DNA of 64,000 nt from Paraglomus brasilianum. Its lineage: Eukaryota. The number at the start of each line of letters is the position of its first letter. Position 1 is the stretch's first letter. The position numbers and the translations under genes were made by a program. The notes under the pieces were generated by a model. It did no database searches and was not told the DNA's origin. It saw only the letters and a list, made by a program, of their open reading frames with translations. Shown here one piece after another: positions 1-13,476 of the stretch. The stretch covers positions 1-64,000 of the forward strand of contig CAJVPI010000028.1 of assembly GCA_910592345.1 (NCBI GenBank), given 5' to 3'.

Positions 1-2727
1 AGTAACTAACACGTTCGAATACAATTCTTGGTCATTTTTTTAAACTGAATTTTTTACGCAATTTGTGGCTAATACTTCGCATGTCGGCAAACTTGTGTTC
101 CTGATACAGTAATGTTAAATGAGCCCCAAGTGTTGTATTTTTTAGATACGATAAAATTTGACAGAGCCGCACTTTTCTTGGCGTTTTACATATCGATAAA
201 AAATTTTTTGTAGAACGTGATGCTTTCTATTTAATATTGAGCTACCCGTAATACATGTGAAAAAAAAATTGATAACGCATAAATCGCCCATTACATGTTT
301 ATCTGAAATAAATCGAAATCTTTATCAGTTAAGTAGGTTGAGTTTTTTCTTAGCGCTTGCAATAAAAAGAATAAGCAAGAAGAAAGCGTCTGCGGCAGAG
401 GGAGACTGTCGGTGGGGAGTTATCGTGTAGAGCTATTAAGTTGTTATCAACATAAGGCGTCTGCGACGGAGGGAGACTGTCGGAAGCCAGTAATGGCGAG
501 TCATCGTGTAGGAATGGCCGGCCTTATTTTGAAGAGTAACTAATTTTACTTTTACTATATTTACTTCGTTTAACAAGATACTGATCTTTTTTCTATTTCA
601 TTAGCTCACCAGAAACATTAACATGAACGTACATGTTAACTGGATATTAACTTATATAATGGCCGTCAACCTAGAGGTAGTGCAATACTAGGGACACCTG
701 CGGAAGAAGTGTGGCCTCCTCCAAATTGCAAAACTCAGTCTAATATCGTAAGGGTTCGATCATCGTGCAACAGTGTGCCGCTAGGCGGAAATCACGGAGG
801 AATACGTAACCGTTTATTATGTATAAATAGATAACACCTTACCAGATTTTTATGAACAATATCAAGCACATGTAGGTATCTCAACCCATTTACAATGTCC
901 AGACCCAATTTGTACTTTTCTTTCCATGTTAAATCGGTAAAAAATGCCTTGCTAGATGTTCACATAGATTTCCGCCATCAGCAAATTCAAATACCATGTA
1001 ATATTGTGGGAAGTGTCTACTCATAAGGCGGAGTAAGTCATAATTCTATAAAGGTTAACGTTGCATTTAAATCGCTTGATATACTGACCTTTGCATAATC
1101 CTAGAAATCGGATAATGTTCCACTTCTCATGAGTTTTCAACTAATATTGTTTCTTGAGAAAAATTCAGGTCGTCACACGATACGTTAACGCATCAGGATA
1201 ATTTGAACTTGCGATATTGCTGTTAAGTACAATTCGTAGTTTATTTTCTCTCATGAGTCAATAGTCAACCGCTCCCGTGATTGTTGACTCGACATCCGCT
1301 CTCTACTGCAGACGGACAAAAGTATCAGACCAAGTTTTTTCAAGATTTTACATATTGATTAGCAATTGTTTTAGACTTAATCTTCTGCTTCTGACGATTA
1401 ATTCTATCTTAAAAAGCTATTAATTACGTGTACTTTTTATGTTGTTATAAATAAATTGCATTTGTTTGTTTACTTAAATCCTGAATTAAACGAGTTCGAA
1501 CGCGGGCTAGTTATTGGTTTATGGAAAGTAGGGAGGCCATTTGTCGCACTTAAAGTCCGTAATAGGTACAATTGCTCGCCATCAAAAATTGTGGATCAAA
1601 TGCCAAAAGGACGAAGATAATTGTCAAAAGCTCTGGCGGATTACAAAACAAATAATTGGCCTACTGAGTGTTAAAATTTAGTAAAACTTGATTTTATTAC
1701 TGATCAGATACTTTTGTTTGGTAGTGTATCCATACTGGCAGAAAAATTTAAAGTTTGTATTCTCTCCAAACATTTTGTTTGGGATTTCTGCCTTTCTTAG
1801 TGATTAAAAGTCTTCTCAATTAAAAAATCCGGTCAGTTTTTTTATTTTTATATATTACGTGTATATGCGATCAGCATAATTTTGAACCCCGTACGGGAAT
1901 GACGAAATCACGCGTCGGTAAGGTGTTTTTTTTTGCACCGGCTGACCCGTTGCAAGGTACACTTTATCGATTCTTACTTTTACGAAACACGGCCTGATAA
2001 ATAGAGTCCGTATTATTTCATCGACAGTACATTTCACCGACAATTAACTACCAAAAAAGGATAACTTCGAAATAATGTTGGTGAATATTTGTCGGTGAAA
2101 TGATTGTCGATGAAATGATTGCCTCTCGATAAATACCGATTCCTGGATTTCTACAACACCGACAACAACAAATCGATTTTACTGAGAGTTTGCATCGGGA
2201 AGCCGTAAGACTTAGATTCTTTAATCAGAACTGGATCGAAGGACATCCATTGCGTTGCCATACGTTTGCGCGATACCTTTAAGGCAAGTGTTAGTTTTGC
2301 AAGTTTCCGCTATAGAGAGCCATGTTAAGAAATAGCGCAATAATCGTTTACACGTAGAACGTGTAAAATATCAAGTACAGTACATTCCGTAAATTCGCCC
2401 ACATCATCCGTTCACGGTCTGCAACATTCCGATCAATCTTACCAATTAATTTCTTCACAATGTGCAGCAGTTCAATATTTGAGCAATAAGACTTCCCTGC
2501 AATGTTTTTATACTCACTTTTCATGTCTTTAGAACCTACTCTCACACACATTATTTATTTATATGTCACCAATAATATATTAATAAATCACAAAAAAGCA
2601 AAGTCTTAATTACTACAGACAACTATCATCGAAACAAGGTCGTTTGCAATCCAAATTACCAATTGATACAGTGGACAAGAAAAAAAAAAGCAAGATTTAT
2701 AACTCTATTATCTTTGATGATGCGCCA

Positions 2728-5626
2728 TCATATATCGAGCACAAATGAAGTATGGCAAATTTCACCAGTGTCTGTGTTTCGCGCGATTGCTTTGACTTCC
2801 ATTTTACCAAACATCAATGAAAACTCAACATGTCGATTGTCTTGGAGATGTCGAGGAGGAGAAAGGTACTGGTAATAATGGTACATGAGATGTAGAATGC
2901 AAAAGGTTAATTATATTGAATTTAAGACATCTTGCACAATTTCAAATCCCTTCCATCTTATTGCCTTTTGTTAATTACTTACAATCTGTAATTTACCCAA
3001 CAACCTCATACCGGGTTCGTCACAATATACCGCATCATCGCTCTGCGTAACAAATACATGAAACAACATTTCCGTTTGTTGAGGGCTCAAACTCGACGCC
3101 TGATAAGAGAACTTCTGATCGACTGCTACTTGCAAGCCACGCTGAGCGAGACGTTTAAAGTGCATTACGAAACCGCGCGGGGTACGACGTTCAACGGGGT
3201 CGGACGACTTCCAGACATGATAAGTTTCCACACCGTATGTCCATTTTAGAACGCGTGTCTGGACGAGATTCATGTTTAAGCCTTTGTTAAGAACAAAAGA
3301 AAAAGACGTGAATATCGTAAAGTTTGTACATATGAGATTTCTATCACAAGAAAAAGTAGGCCAAAAATTGAAATATCCTATAAAAGGAGTTTCAGTCTCC
3401 CTATGACTATTTGATAGGCATTATATAACATTCTGTTTGCTTATCTTCATATGCATTTTCATCAACAAATCACACAGTTATCCTCGACCATATTCTTACC
3501 ATATGCAAGAGCACCACGCGATACGGCAGCTATCGGATGCCTAGGCACAGCAATAATCCGTACTTGACTACTAAAAGTATCCTTGACTCTATTTTGTAAA
3601 TATTGATTCTCGGCAAATCCACCAACCATAAATATTGCTTGACACTGGCCATTCGACGCAACAAGTTGAGCCTGAATTAGTTCCAATATCCTATTGACAA
3701 CAGGATCAAACATACGCTTTACATCTTCGAAACTCAATTCAATTTCCCATTCTGCCGCGTCCATCGCGTCCGCCAATGCTCCTGTTACGTAGTCCATTGC
3801 TGCTGGACAAGTTGACTCTATGTCTATCGATCTGGGTTTATATGTGGCAGGATTTCCATTAAACGAGAACTTCACTCTAGAACAGAAATGTTGAACAAGG
3901 TATTGCAGTTGCCCGTAGTGAAGTTCGTTGAGTTTTTTGAGGGCAGCAAGACCGAATTTGCCCCCGATGAACAGGACAAATTGTTTGTCGACAAATGATG
4001 AGCCACAAAAATCCCCACTCCGGATAGTTATTTCAGAGAGGCGGTTACCTGGGAGGAGCATTCGAGTCGTTAGATCGACTGTTCCACCACCACAGTCGAC
4101 AATCATGAACGAAGCTATGGCGAAGGAAATTTGGAAATATTAATAATGGATTTTTATAGTAGTTTTGGAAAGGGGTCTTAACAATTTTGAAACGGGTAAT
4201 TACATAAAGATTCTATTCTTTCCGTACTTACATCCAACAAGCAAATCATACTCTTTCAATGATGAGATACAATGAACTGCAGCAGCCTCAGCTATAAAGG
4301 AAATAAAAATACAAAAAGTCATTAGGGTATTGATCCAACTACTCTCTAAACCAACCCCAATTATCCCATACTCTACACGTACGTTCGGTGGTAAACTCTA
4401 GATTATCGGCATACACGTCCTCTAAGATTCCTGCTTTAGCGGCGATATCACGCATAATGCCTCTTGTTTCGTCGTTCCACTCGGCCGGAACCGTCATTAC
4501 AAATAAACATTGTTTTGGGTATTGTATACCTGGCCATCGTGCTGTTATTTTTTCTTTTATGACCTGAGAGGGAAGAGAATGGATTGAGTGAACAAGGTAT
4601 ATACGGAAAAAGTCAGTGATCGTAAATAGAAAGGTGATATGTTTATATTTTCCTCGATTCTCAATCAAACAACACCCACCACACCTCTTTAAAACACTTC
4701 CATCTCACTCCTTACTTATTCCATACTTTATTAAACTCTCTCAAATAATCAGCACAAGCTTGATTATACGTTAAGCCATTAGGTAATCTCGGTCGATCTT
4801 CCTCACGTATATTGCCCATGTGCAGTTTGAACAGATCTACGTTTATTGGTTTCATTTGATTTTTGGCATCCCTTCTTGTTTTCTTGCGAGGTTCTTGCGC
4901 TATTGCCGGGTAACCCCTAGATTATTAGAACGAGTGAAAAGGCGAAGAGCGGCGACGTGGATGTAAAAAGGGTAAGAATATTTGATGAGTGAGATGTCTT
5001 GACTGTGGTGCGTGCCTGTAGGAAGCTAGTGCTTGTATACCTAACGTTTGATATATCTCCGTTTAATCATAATAAATCCTCTACATGTGATAAGATCTTA
5101 CCATTTTATTACATTAAAATTCTCGTCGTAGAGCAATGCTGAATTCGTCTTAAATACTCCTGTTTGCTCTGGCCTGTTGATATTGACGTTAAAATAAGTA
5201 TTAGGCTAAATTAAAATAATATAGTAAATAATGAATTGGTCACTTGCCATGTGTCATTAGTCACTATATCCGGGTTCTTCTTATTAGCATATGAAAACCC
5301 TTGAAAAAGAGTAAGAGTGGGAGAATGGCATTAAAACAAATTCAGACTATTATATCAAACGATCCGAAGGTATGTACGCAGCAATCATTACCTGAAAATG
5401 TGGTTCCAAGATCTTTCTTGCATTATATAAGTAACCGAGACATTTATAACCGGTTAACTTTGGCTGTGGACTTTGTGCATTCCAACATCTCCGCCTGAAG
5501 ACAATTCATACAGTATTTATATACGCCATCTCTCTCTCCACTGAGCTTACCTATAGAAACGACAACTCTGACGTCTCTGGTGATTTCTTGTCCATTCCCA
5601 TACGACGATCTATGGCCGTAGTCCAT
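2728..5626 (-). CDS. Hsp70-superfamily (HSPA12-like) actin-fold ATPase, multi-exon
   Basis: Spliced translation: MDYGH..RVVVSI/DLGTTFSG/FSYA..TNDTW/PEQTGVFKTNSALLYD/..FKLH../TVPAEW..EFTTE/EAAA/IVDCGGGTVD..CGSSFVD..VGGFAENQYL..AAVSRGA/RVLKWTYG../HVEFSLMFGKMEVKAIARN..LDI*. GT-AG introns; last exon 2728-2868 lies outside the listed ORFs. Confidence 0.88.
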
Positions 5627-6296
5627 TTGCCAACGAATTGTAGCTCTCGATGTCAAATAATTATTCCGAAAATGCTCCTCTATCAATTTTCCTGATTATT
5701 CTCATGGTCAGAGCACTTCCCAATTTTTGATAAACAGAGGGCTTGGTTTTTGTGCGACGTGAATTATGTAACAGAAATGCGTGGTATCCGGTCACCAGAA
5801 TAATAATCGAGAGGCTATATTAATATCAATATCATGTAATTAGTTGGCCGAGACCTTGGTACAGCTTATTGGTGTCTCCATTCCTGTAAAATGCAAGGAA
5901 CCAAGCAGTCAATATAGAAAATGCGGAATTCTTAACGGGGTATTAGTATGTCTTCGGTACCAGCATCCAAATAGTTGTATACAAAAGTTACGTCTTTGCA
6001 TAAAATGACTTGACGATAAGCAGAATTTAATTAAGCCTGCAATGTGTTTGCATTCTAGCAATAGAACAGGCTTTACTTTGCGTAAACTTGAGCGTGGAAA
6101 GAGTCGCATTAGTATTGAGCTGATATTATTATTGACAATAAGAATTTATTAACAGGATCAGGTGCTTGTATTAATGTCTGAATGTAAGCCTCTTGAGTGA
6201 CGTGTATACTACTCGTAATCTGATCCTAAATACCCCGAAATTAATCCTAATAAATAAGACACAATTTCCAACAATGCCCCAATCAAAATTCTACAA

Positions 6297-7295
6297 ATGA
6301 TCAGCGGCGAACTAATCCAACTCCTAATAATCCTTTCGCTCCCATTCCTAACCCGCAAAGGCACGGAATACTTTAATGCTCGTAACAACTCAACCTCATC
6401 CAATCAAGTCCGAACTCCCTATATCAATGCTTTACTGATCCTTACTGCCGTTTACAACCTCTACCTGGGGTTTTTCTCTTCGCCTCCAAATATATTCCGT
6501 ACGTTGAATGCTCCTATCGATACTCCCTCGTTCACATTGCGTGTTCTCTTAGAAAAAAACAAGCAGCCGTTAAGTAGCTATTACATATCTCTATTGGATA
6601 AACTACAATCATATGAATCACGGCTTAAATACTTGGCATTTGGAGAGCATGCGTTGATGCAATGCTCATATTGTAGAGACGCCATCGATTACCTCTACTT
6701 CATAGTACCCAGTAATGCAAGCTATTATATTCTTATGTTATGCGTTATAGGCATAGTTACAATGACACGAAGCAAAGCACATTGGAGAACGTATGGTGTG
6801 ATATCATTAGCAGGATGTGGCTTCTTTGAATTGTACACATTTGCATCGACAGATATACGAGACATACAGCCTTCATATCCTTCACTTTTCTTGGCAGTCC
6901 ATTTCTATCGCCATTTGTTCTTTGCCATTCTTTCGATCCTAGTAATAGCAATCACGCAAGAAGACATTCGTACCGACAGCGAGATTCTCGCTTCCATTGA
7001 ACGACAACAGCGTTCGATTGGCTATCGCATCAGGGGATCTAGGTTGCAACGTGCCACTACAATGAGGGATCCGGAGCTAAGGAAAACATACGTGAATTAT
7101 TACAAGGGAAAAGGAGAAGAATATGCAAGGGTGGAGAGCGATACCGAGTACATAAATACGAGAGAGAAGTTGTTAAGTGAACTGAATCTGGAGAGGGATG
7201 CCAGAGCCTATGTCGACAGTATTACTAGAATGAAGAACGAAAGTGAACATATTGGTGGTGGTGGTAGCAGCAGTATTGGGCAGGAGAGTAGTTAG
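6297..7295 (+). CDS. Multi-pass membrane protein of unknown function (332 aa, single exon)
   Basis: Uninterrupted 332-codon ORF with about 5 hydrophobic segments, a CxxC motif (YLAFGEHALMQCSYC) and a charged helical C-terminus; resembles a conserved fungal hypothetical family. Confidence 0.75.
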   Translation: MISGELIQLLIILSLPFLTRKGTEYFNARNNSTSSNQVRTPYINALLILTAVYNLYLGFFSSPPNIFRTLNAPIDTPSFTLRVLLEKNKQPLSSYYISLLDKLQSYESRLKYLAFGEHALMQCSYCRDAIDYLYFIVPSNASYYILMLCVIGIVTMTRSKAHWRTYGVISLAGCGFFELYTFASTDIRDIQPSYPSLFLAVHFYRHLFFAILSILVIAITQEDIRTDSEILASIERQQRSIGYRIRGSRLQRATTMRDPELRKTYVNYYKGKGEEYARVESDTEYINTREKLLSELNLERDARAYVDSITRMKNESEHIGGGGSSSIGQESS

Positions 7296-7895
7296 CAAGG
7301 AAAGTTGGTTGTAGAACGCATTTAATGGTGGACTAATGATGGGACAGTACTATTACAATAACTGATTTCATAATTGAATTTTTAATATTAATAAGTATAG
7401 CGGGCTTTCACTGCAAATTTTGTTGGTTGATTAAAAATAATAAATACCGCTGATCTGATGAACATTTAAAGTGAGATCTATAGAAGTGTCTAATATAGCT
7501 GGTCAAAAAAGTTTGCAAGATGGTTCGACTTTTCCCGGAATCTAAAATAAGTCTCCGATTTTCCTTTCCTTTGCTTATACCAGCCATCAGTTTAATCTTC
7601 CTGCTCGGAGGTATCAATTCTAATAAGCTTGATCAATTAGCGAGCTGTTAACATTCAAGTTTCTGGAATTGAGATTCTGAGTATATTACTACCTTGAAAT
7701 CCACCTCCAATGGCAACAGATAATCAAGTGCATCTATATATTCGGGATCGTGGTCGGATTATATATAAGCAGTGGCTACACATCGCTGGAATGAGCGCCG
7801 CTAGTCTTTTTGGATTTTTTTGCATTCACGATTAATGTTTCTGCACAAAGCCTTACTAACCAAGTTTGAATATTTATTCTAGTTACTCTGCGATA

Positions 7896-8121
7896 CAGTG
7901 AATTTTCGATATAGAAGCGGCTCTCGATATAAGAAAGTGGTCGGACCCAACAAATTCGAAAATTCTTGTAACAAGAGTATTGCATTATTTGTCGTAAGCG
8001 GGACCAGCAAAAAACTTTGTTATAGGCCATATTTCTTATATCGAAGGGTTATATCGAGAGCCATTTGTAATAACGTTTTTTGTTTGCGAGATTAAATTCC
8101 GGATATTTATGACGACCACTG
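7896..8121. mobile_element. Tc1/pogo-type MITE
   Basis: TA-CAGTG...CACTG-TA ends. Internal GCTCTCGATATAAGAAAGTG..GGACC and inverse TATATCGAGAGCC motifs are shared with the element at 34672-35633. Confidence 0.65.
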
Positions 8122-8195
8122 TATTTATCGTGGAGACTAACCTGCTTAAGATTTTGCTGAATAGCTAGCTCTTTTCCTTTTTTTTTTATTTTTAG

Positions 8196-8440
8196 TTGAG
8201 CAGAGAACGCAAGCTCGCGTTGCGAATTCCACAATTCGTGACAATCGAACTGCCATCAAACTTTTACATACGAATGCAGGTGTTATTCCTCCTAATTTTC
8301 CGCACAGAATTTCGATGCTATTCAGAATACACAGTCGCCGAAATTACCGCATTACTTGCTGCTTATGGTCAACCGACAAATGACCTTGATACTCGCCTTG
8401 CCAAGTATCTCGGAATAAAATCTTTATACTCATTTGTAAG
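8196..8440 (+). pseudogene. Frameshifted Mug135-like C-terminal domain fragment
   Basis: After a polypyrimidine-AG acceptor: EQRTQARVANSTIRDNRTAIKLLHTNAGVIPPNFP, then a frameshift to YTVAEITALLAAYGQPTNDLDTRLAKYLGI. Parallels the intact gene at 37733-38281. Confidence 0.6.
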
Positions 8441-8926
8441 CATTAATCTGATTGGATGGCAGACGACTTGGCGTAGACCTACTTTTTGTAAGAGTACATA
8501 AGGTAGAAAAGCTGTATTATTAGTATGGTGATTCATTTATTGTGGGAGCTGATGCTGAAATCCGTGGAATCAAATTCTTTTTTAAGATTTCTAGACCTTC
8601 AGAACAATGATATAGGAAGTACAGGAGCAACAGCTTTGGCAAAGGCTCTGGAATTAAATTGAAACCAACCAATGGGGTTAGAGAATAAAATCTGATCAAC
8701 CAATGAAAGGTCATATTTTCAGCTTCAGCCAGATTTCGGCATCAGCCGTGACATTTATTATCGTTATTATTTTATTTTTATCATGGTTTTTTAATAAATC
8801 CAACCAATAGTATTGCTGACTTTTTCAACCAATCATAAAGAAAGCCGCTACAATGTTCCCGCCAAGTTTATTATAATATCAAACGTGTATAGTTTTCCTC
8901 CACACTTCTGTATACTTTGTGTCGAG

Positions 8927-11203
8927 ATGTCAAGTAAGTATGATAATGATATAAACCACTATCATTCTCATGCTAAATATTGGTACCTCTGTCTGCTTAC
9001 TGCATACAAGCATTATTGCCAACACTCGCTCATTCTCCCGTCTATAGCACAGGACGTTTCATCAGCGCTTGAAATTTATGACGACGACAATGAACGACGT
9101 AGCACTGATGCATGCACAAGCTCAACACATATGGTGCCGCACAACGCAAAACTTCAAAAGCACCTAAGACAAGAGATCCTGACCATACAGAATGATAGAG
9201 ATCTGTCTGCTGGAGAAAAAGCAAAAAAAGTTCAGGTATGTTGGAGACCAAACGATAATCACGCTGGTGTATTATGATTTGCCCAGAATTAAAACGGTTG
9301 AATATCATTTGTAACATTATTCGATCAACTTAATAACCGTAACAATATGATCTGTCCTTTTGTCAATCCAATTTTAACTCTGACATTAACCTTCATGTGC
9401 AGGAGCTAATGATGTCAAATTGGAAAGCCTTATCAAAGAAATCAACAAGAGTTGTATCCAATCGACTCACTGAAGATGACGTGGCGTCCACTTATGTAAG
9501 CATGCAGACGAGAATAAGCATAGGGTGCAAGACGCGAATGGTTATTCATTCTCAATGGCTATTAATTCTCAATGGTTATTAATTCTCAATGGTTATTCAT
9601 TCTCAGTGGTTATTCATTCTCAATGGTTCTTATCATTCTTACCCTTAGAACCCTGATAAAAAAGTTCTAGGCTGTGCACACTATCAAAGAGCTGCTAAGC
9701 TTCAAGCTTCATGCTGTGGAGGATGGTTCACATGTCGATTCTGTCATGACGAAGCATGCGATCACCAGATTAACAGGTAACAGATACCACACCTATACGA
9801 CAAATATATTTGTTGAAGGCTCCTAACGTACATATGACCAACGTGTAACAATCTGTTTTATTTTATGTGTAAAACACTGCAGGCATGCAACACAAAAAAT
9901 GCTTTGCATGTATTGTTCAGAAATCCAACCCCCATCCCGCGTCTGCCGTGCCTGTAATCGCCACCTGGCGCGTTATTTTTGCTCCATATGCAATTTTTGG
10001 GATAACGATGCTTCCAAGCAGATCTACCACTGTGACAAATGTGGAATCTGCCGCATCGGAGAAGGATTGGGTGTGGATTTCTTTCATTGTGATGTATGTA
10101 ACTGTTGTTTGGAATTGAGGATGAAAAACAATCATAGGTGTATCGAATCGAATTTGCAGCGGGATTGCCCAATCTGTGGGGAGTTTTTGTTTACCTCTAC
10201 CTTGAAATGCATGTATTTGGTACGTATGAAGAATGCGAAGGAATTGAGGGTGGAGGGAATTGGTACTGAACTAAAAATACATACCCATATCTTAGTGACA
10301 ACTCATAGAAATTGGCTAAATTATTGCTCTTGTACTCACCTTAATATTTCACTTTGCCACTTTAATTAGCCTTGTGGCCACATAATGCACAACAAATGTT
10401 ACTCTGAATACATAAGCAGCGCATACCAATGCCCAACTTGTTGGAAATCACTCGCAAACATGCGTCCATACTACGATCGTATCGACATGATTGTCTCGCA
10501 GCAGTCGATGCCCCCAGAATATGATAACTATATTTCACTTATTCTTTGCAATGACTGTGAGAAAAAGTCAAACGTGAAGTATCACTTTCTGTATCATAAA
10601 TGCCCCTTCTGTAAGGGATACAATACGCGGGTCTTGGAGACAGAAGAAAGGGTTGGGATGGCACTGGATGAGCAAGAGGATGAAGAGGAGGAAATAGGGG
10701 AAGAGCTGAAGATAATGGAGAATGGCGGTGAAGTGAGGGGGGTTGAGATTGGGATTAGAGTTGGAACGAGAGGGGGGATGGCAGAAGTAAATTTGACGGA
10801 TGTACCGGATACAAGTAGCTCATCAACACCTTCAAGCACGACTCCATTATCGTCGACCGCTTCTTTGTCACAAAGTACTTCTCCATTGTCTACCTCCTCT
10901 TCACCCCCTATATCATCACCCTCTCATTCTCAACATCATCATTACCAATATCGGCATTATAATCAACAACAATCATCATCAACAACTATTCCACAGGTAT
11001 GTCGTAATGACTTTTATTACTAATAACAGAGTTCATCGCTGATATTTGGGTGTCGAATAAATGGCCCGGCACAAAGTTACTAATACTTTATGCTTTAAAT
11101 TCAGGGACGACGGCGGAGGAGAGGACGAAACAACGGTGGAAGCGTTACAGAGAGTGCAAGGGTGAATAGTAATGCAACGGGGAGAAGGAGAGAGAGTCAA
11201 TAA
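8927..11203 (+). CDS. RCHY1: CHY zinc finger / CTCHY / RING E3 ubiquitin ligase (RCHY1/Pirh2-like)
   Basis: GCAHYQRAAKLQASCCGGWFTCRFCHDEACDH; CMYC..CRAC..YFCSICNFWD..YHCDKCGICRIG; CPICGE..PCGHIMHNKC..CPTC; CNDC..YHFLYHKCPFCKGYNT. 7-nt first coding exon (ATGTCAA); last exon 11105-11203. Confidence 0.92.
9537..9640 (+). repeat. Intronic 17-bp minisatellite (AATGGTTATTCATTCTC) x about 6
   Basis: Direct tandem copies with few mismatches inside an RCHY1 intron. Confidence 0.9.
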
Positions 11204-12689
11204 AGGTGAATAGAAAGCACATCATTAGTTTATTAACTAATTTATGATGGAACAACTCAAAGCGTAACTCTTTCATCATCGAACATCATGAGTACACGAA
11301 TAATGCCCATGTATGATACCTCGGAAATTTAATAATAAAAATTTAAATAATCTGATTTTTGAGAAATGAGACAGCCAGGAGAAGATGCTTCATATGCAAA
11401 GAGAGTGTAAGATCCATGCAAAGATCATGAGGTCCCACATACCATGGAGGATGTAAGGTAATCTATGAAGAAGAGAAGAAAGGCAGAGATTGAAGGAATC
11501 AAGAAAATTATACACGATACGGGAAACGGAGAAGACGAATACACTGAACCTACCATATGAGACCCAGTCTAACACGTCATCAATTACATCCAAACGTTGC
11601 AATGAACTTGCTAAAGCAAATTAGAAACTCTACAATGAATGCGTCACCCACAAAAGCATACGCTGAGTAGATAAAATTAGCAGACGCGATAGAATTACAA
11701 AAAATTCCATCGTTAAAGGGTGCGCTGATTTACAACTTAATAGTATATTTAATAGTTTAATAGTCAAATATTGTGATCAGTAGTGGAATATACCAATACA
11801 ATTTACAAATTAAAATTAAAAATACTCATTCAAAAAAAATCGGAAATAGTTCCAAACCGACGAATCGAAGTAATATTGTTCATCTTTATTATACTCATTT
11901 GATTAAATGGGGTTGTGTCAGTTGTTTCTCTCCTTTCATAAGTTGCTAGCAGCGGGGCTATTGCTGAAAGAGTCGTTTCTTTTAAATCAATCCCGAAAGG
12001 GATGACCCAAAAGCTAACCATAAACTATAAGGTATTTTTTTACATGTAATAGTATCGCTTAATTGTAGGTTAGTAACCCAAAGTAGTGAATATGTATTCC
12101 AGCGATAAGGAACACGTAGCCGTCGTCAACATGAACTATTTAAAGGGGGCACATAAGTAAGACCGTGTTATATTCACTGTTAATCACATGACAAATATTG
12201 GTGTAAAATTACCTTCACTTTATTATTGAAATTGAGTGCCAACAACGATATAACATTCTTTAAAGGGTTAGCGTTAAAGGTAACAAGCTGTCCGTGCAAA
12301 AAGCAGTTTGAAAAAGAATTAAAGCTTTTTTTTTTTTTTGGCAAAACTCAAAGAATAGTCGGACATGTTACCTAAAGTTCGGAAAGAGACTAACTTGCTT
12401 ACTTATTCAAATAAACTGTTCTGATGCATTACCAATACTTGTACAAAAGTGTCAGGACTTTTAAATATCGAAATTTAATATGCTATATTTACATGTTATA
12501 GTCGATAGAATTTGATCAATTTTACACGTCATAAAATAAATTAACAATTTTAAATATTCAGATTATCCGCCATTTAATATTAAGTAATACAGATACTGCA
12601 AAACCAAATATATCTAGAGCTCCTGTTTTGAATAGAAAAGTTTTACATTAGCAAATTCGAAAACAAGCTATTAATATTAATGACAACAA

Positions 12690-13310
12690 TAATTAATAGT
12701 GAAAAATTAAGAATAGATTTAATTAAAGAAACACGACTACAACTTTATTAAAAAGAGTTTGTGCAGGTTAAAAAAATTTTGTTGACTGTATTCAAGCCTT
12801 TTCTTAATATTAACAACAACAAAACCAACCTGCCTCATTTGAGTAAAAAGCAGAAAATGTTTATTTGGAGTAATAAAAGCCACTTTAAATAATAATACAG
12901 GCCATGTTTAAGAATTTATGAAACGAGGTTAATATGGGAATATGGTTCCTTATTAGTATTAACAGTGGTAATTTGATTATATGGGCTCTTTATCTTTTCT
13001 GGCAAAGAGCTTAATTCTATTAATATAGTTAGAGCCGTATTTGTTCAGGATGATAATGCAACATTTTATATGGCAAAGTTAAAGAGTTGGTTGCCCGACT
13101 AAAGGATACATTAAAACATTTACCAAAGAAAAAAACAACAACTCATAATTGATATTGTTCAATAAACAAATGTACTAGTAAAGTTTAAATGGGTTTTCTA
13201 AGGCATGTTAAATAAGTAGAACACATATTTAGTAGGGCTGTCCCAACAAAATATTAACTATGTGCAAAATGTTAGGGTGATAGCCATTAATATTTCAGCC
13301 TCATTGAGTA
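12690..13310 (+). mobile_element. Heavily mutated Tc1/mariner transposase relic
   Basis: Collinear degenerate motifs FKPFLNINNNKTNL, FIWSNKSHF (cf. IWSDESxF), NSGNLIIWA (cf. GGGxxMVW) and FVQDDNA (cf. FQQDNA); many stops. Confidence 0.55.
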
Positions 13311-13476
13311 TGTAACAGGTAACAATTCAGAAAATTAACATAGATGTTTGATGCTTTTGTCCATTTACGAATAATATTTCGTCATCTAAAATTTGTAAGC
13401 ACTCAATTATATTTGCATGGGCCAAACAACATAAAATAAAATAATAGCAAGATAACAAACAGAAAGTACTAGTATA

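Noticed and set aside
11713..12270. Three TTAAAGGG motifs as piggyBac/Kolobok termini
   Set aside because: All in the same orientation with no matching inverted partner found.
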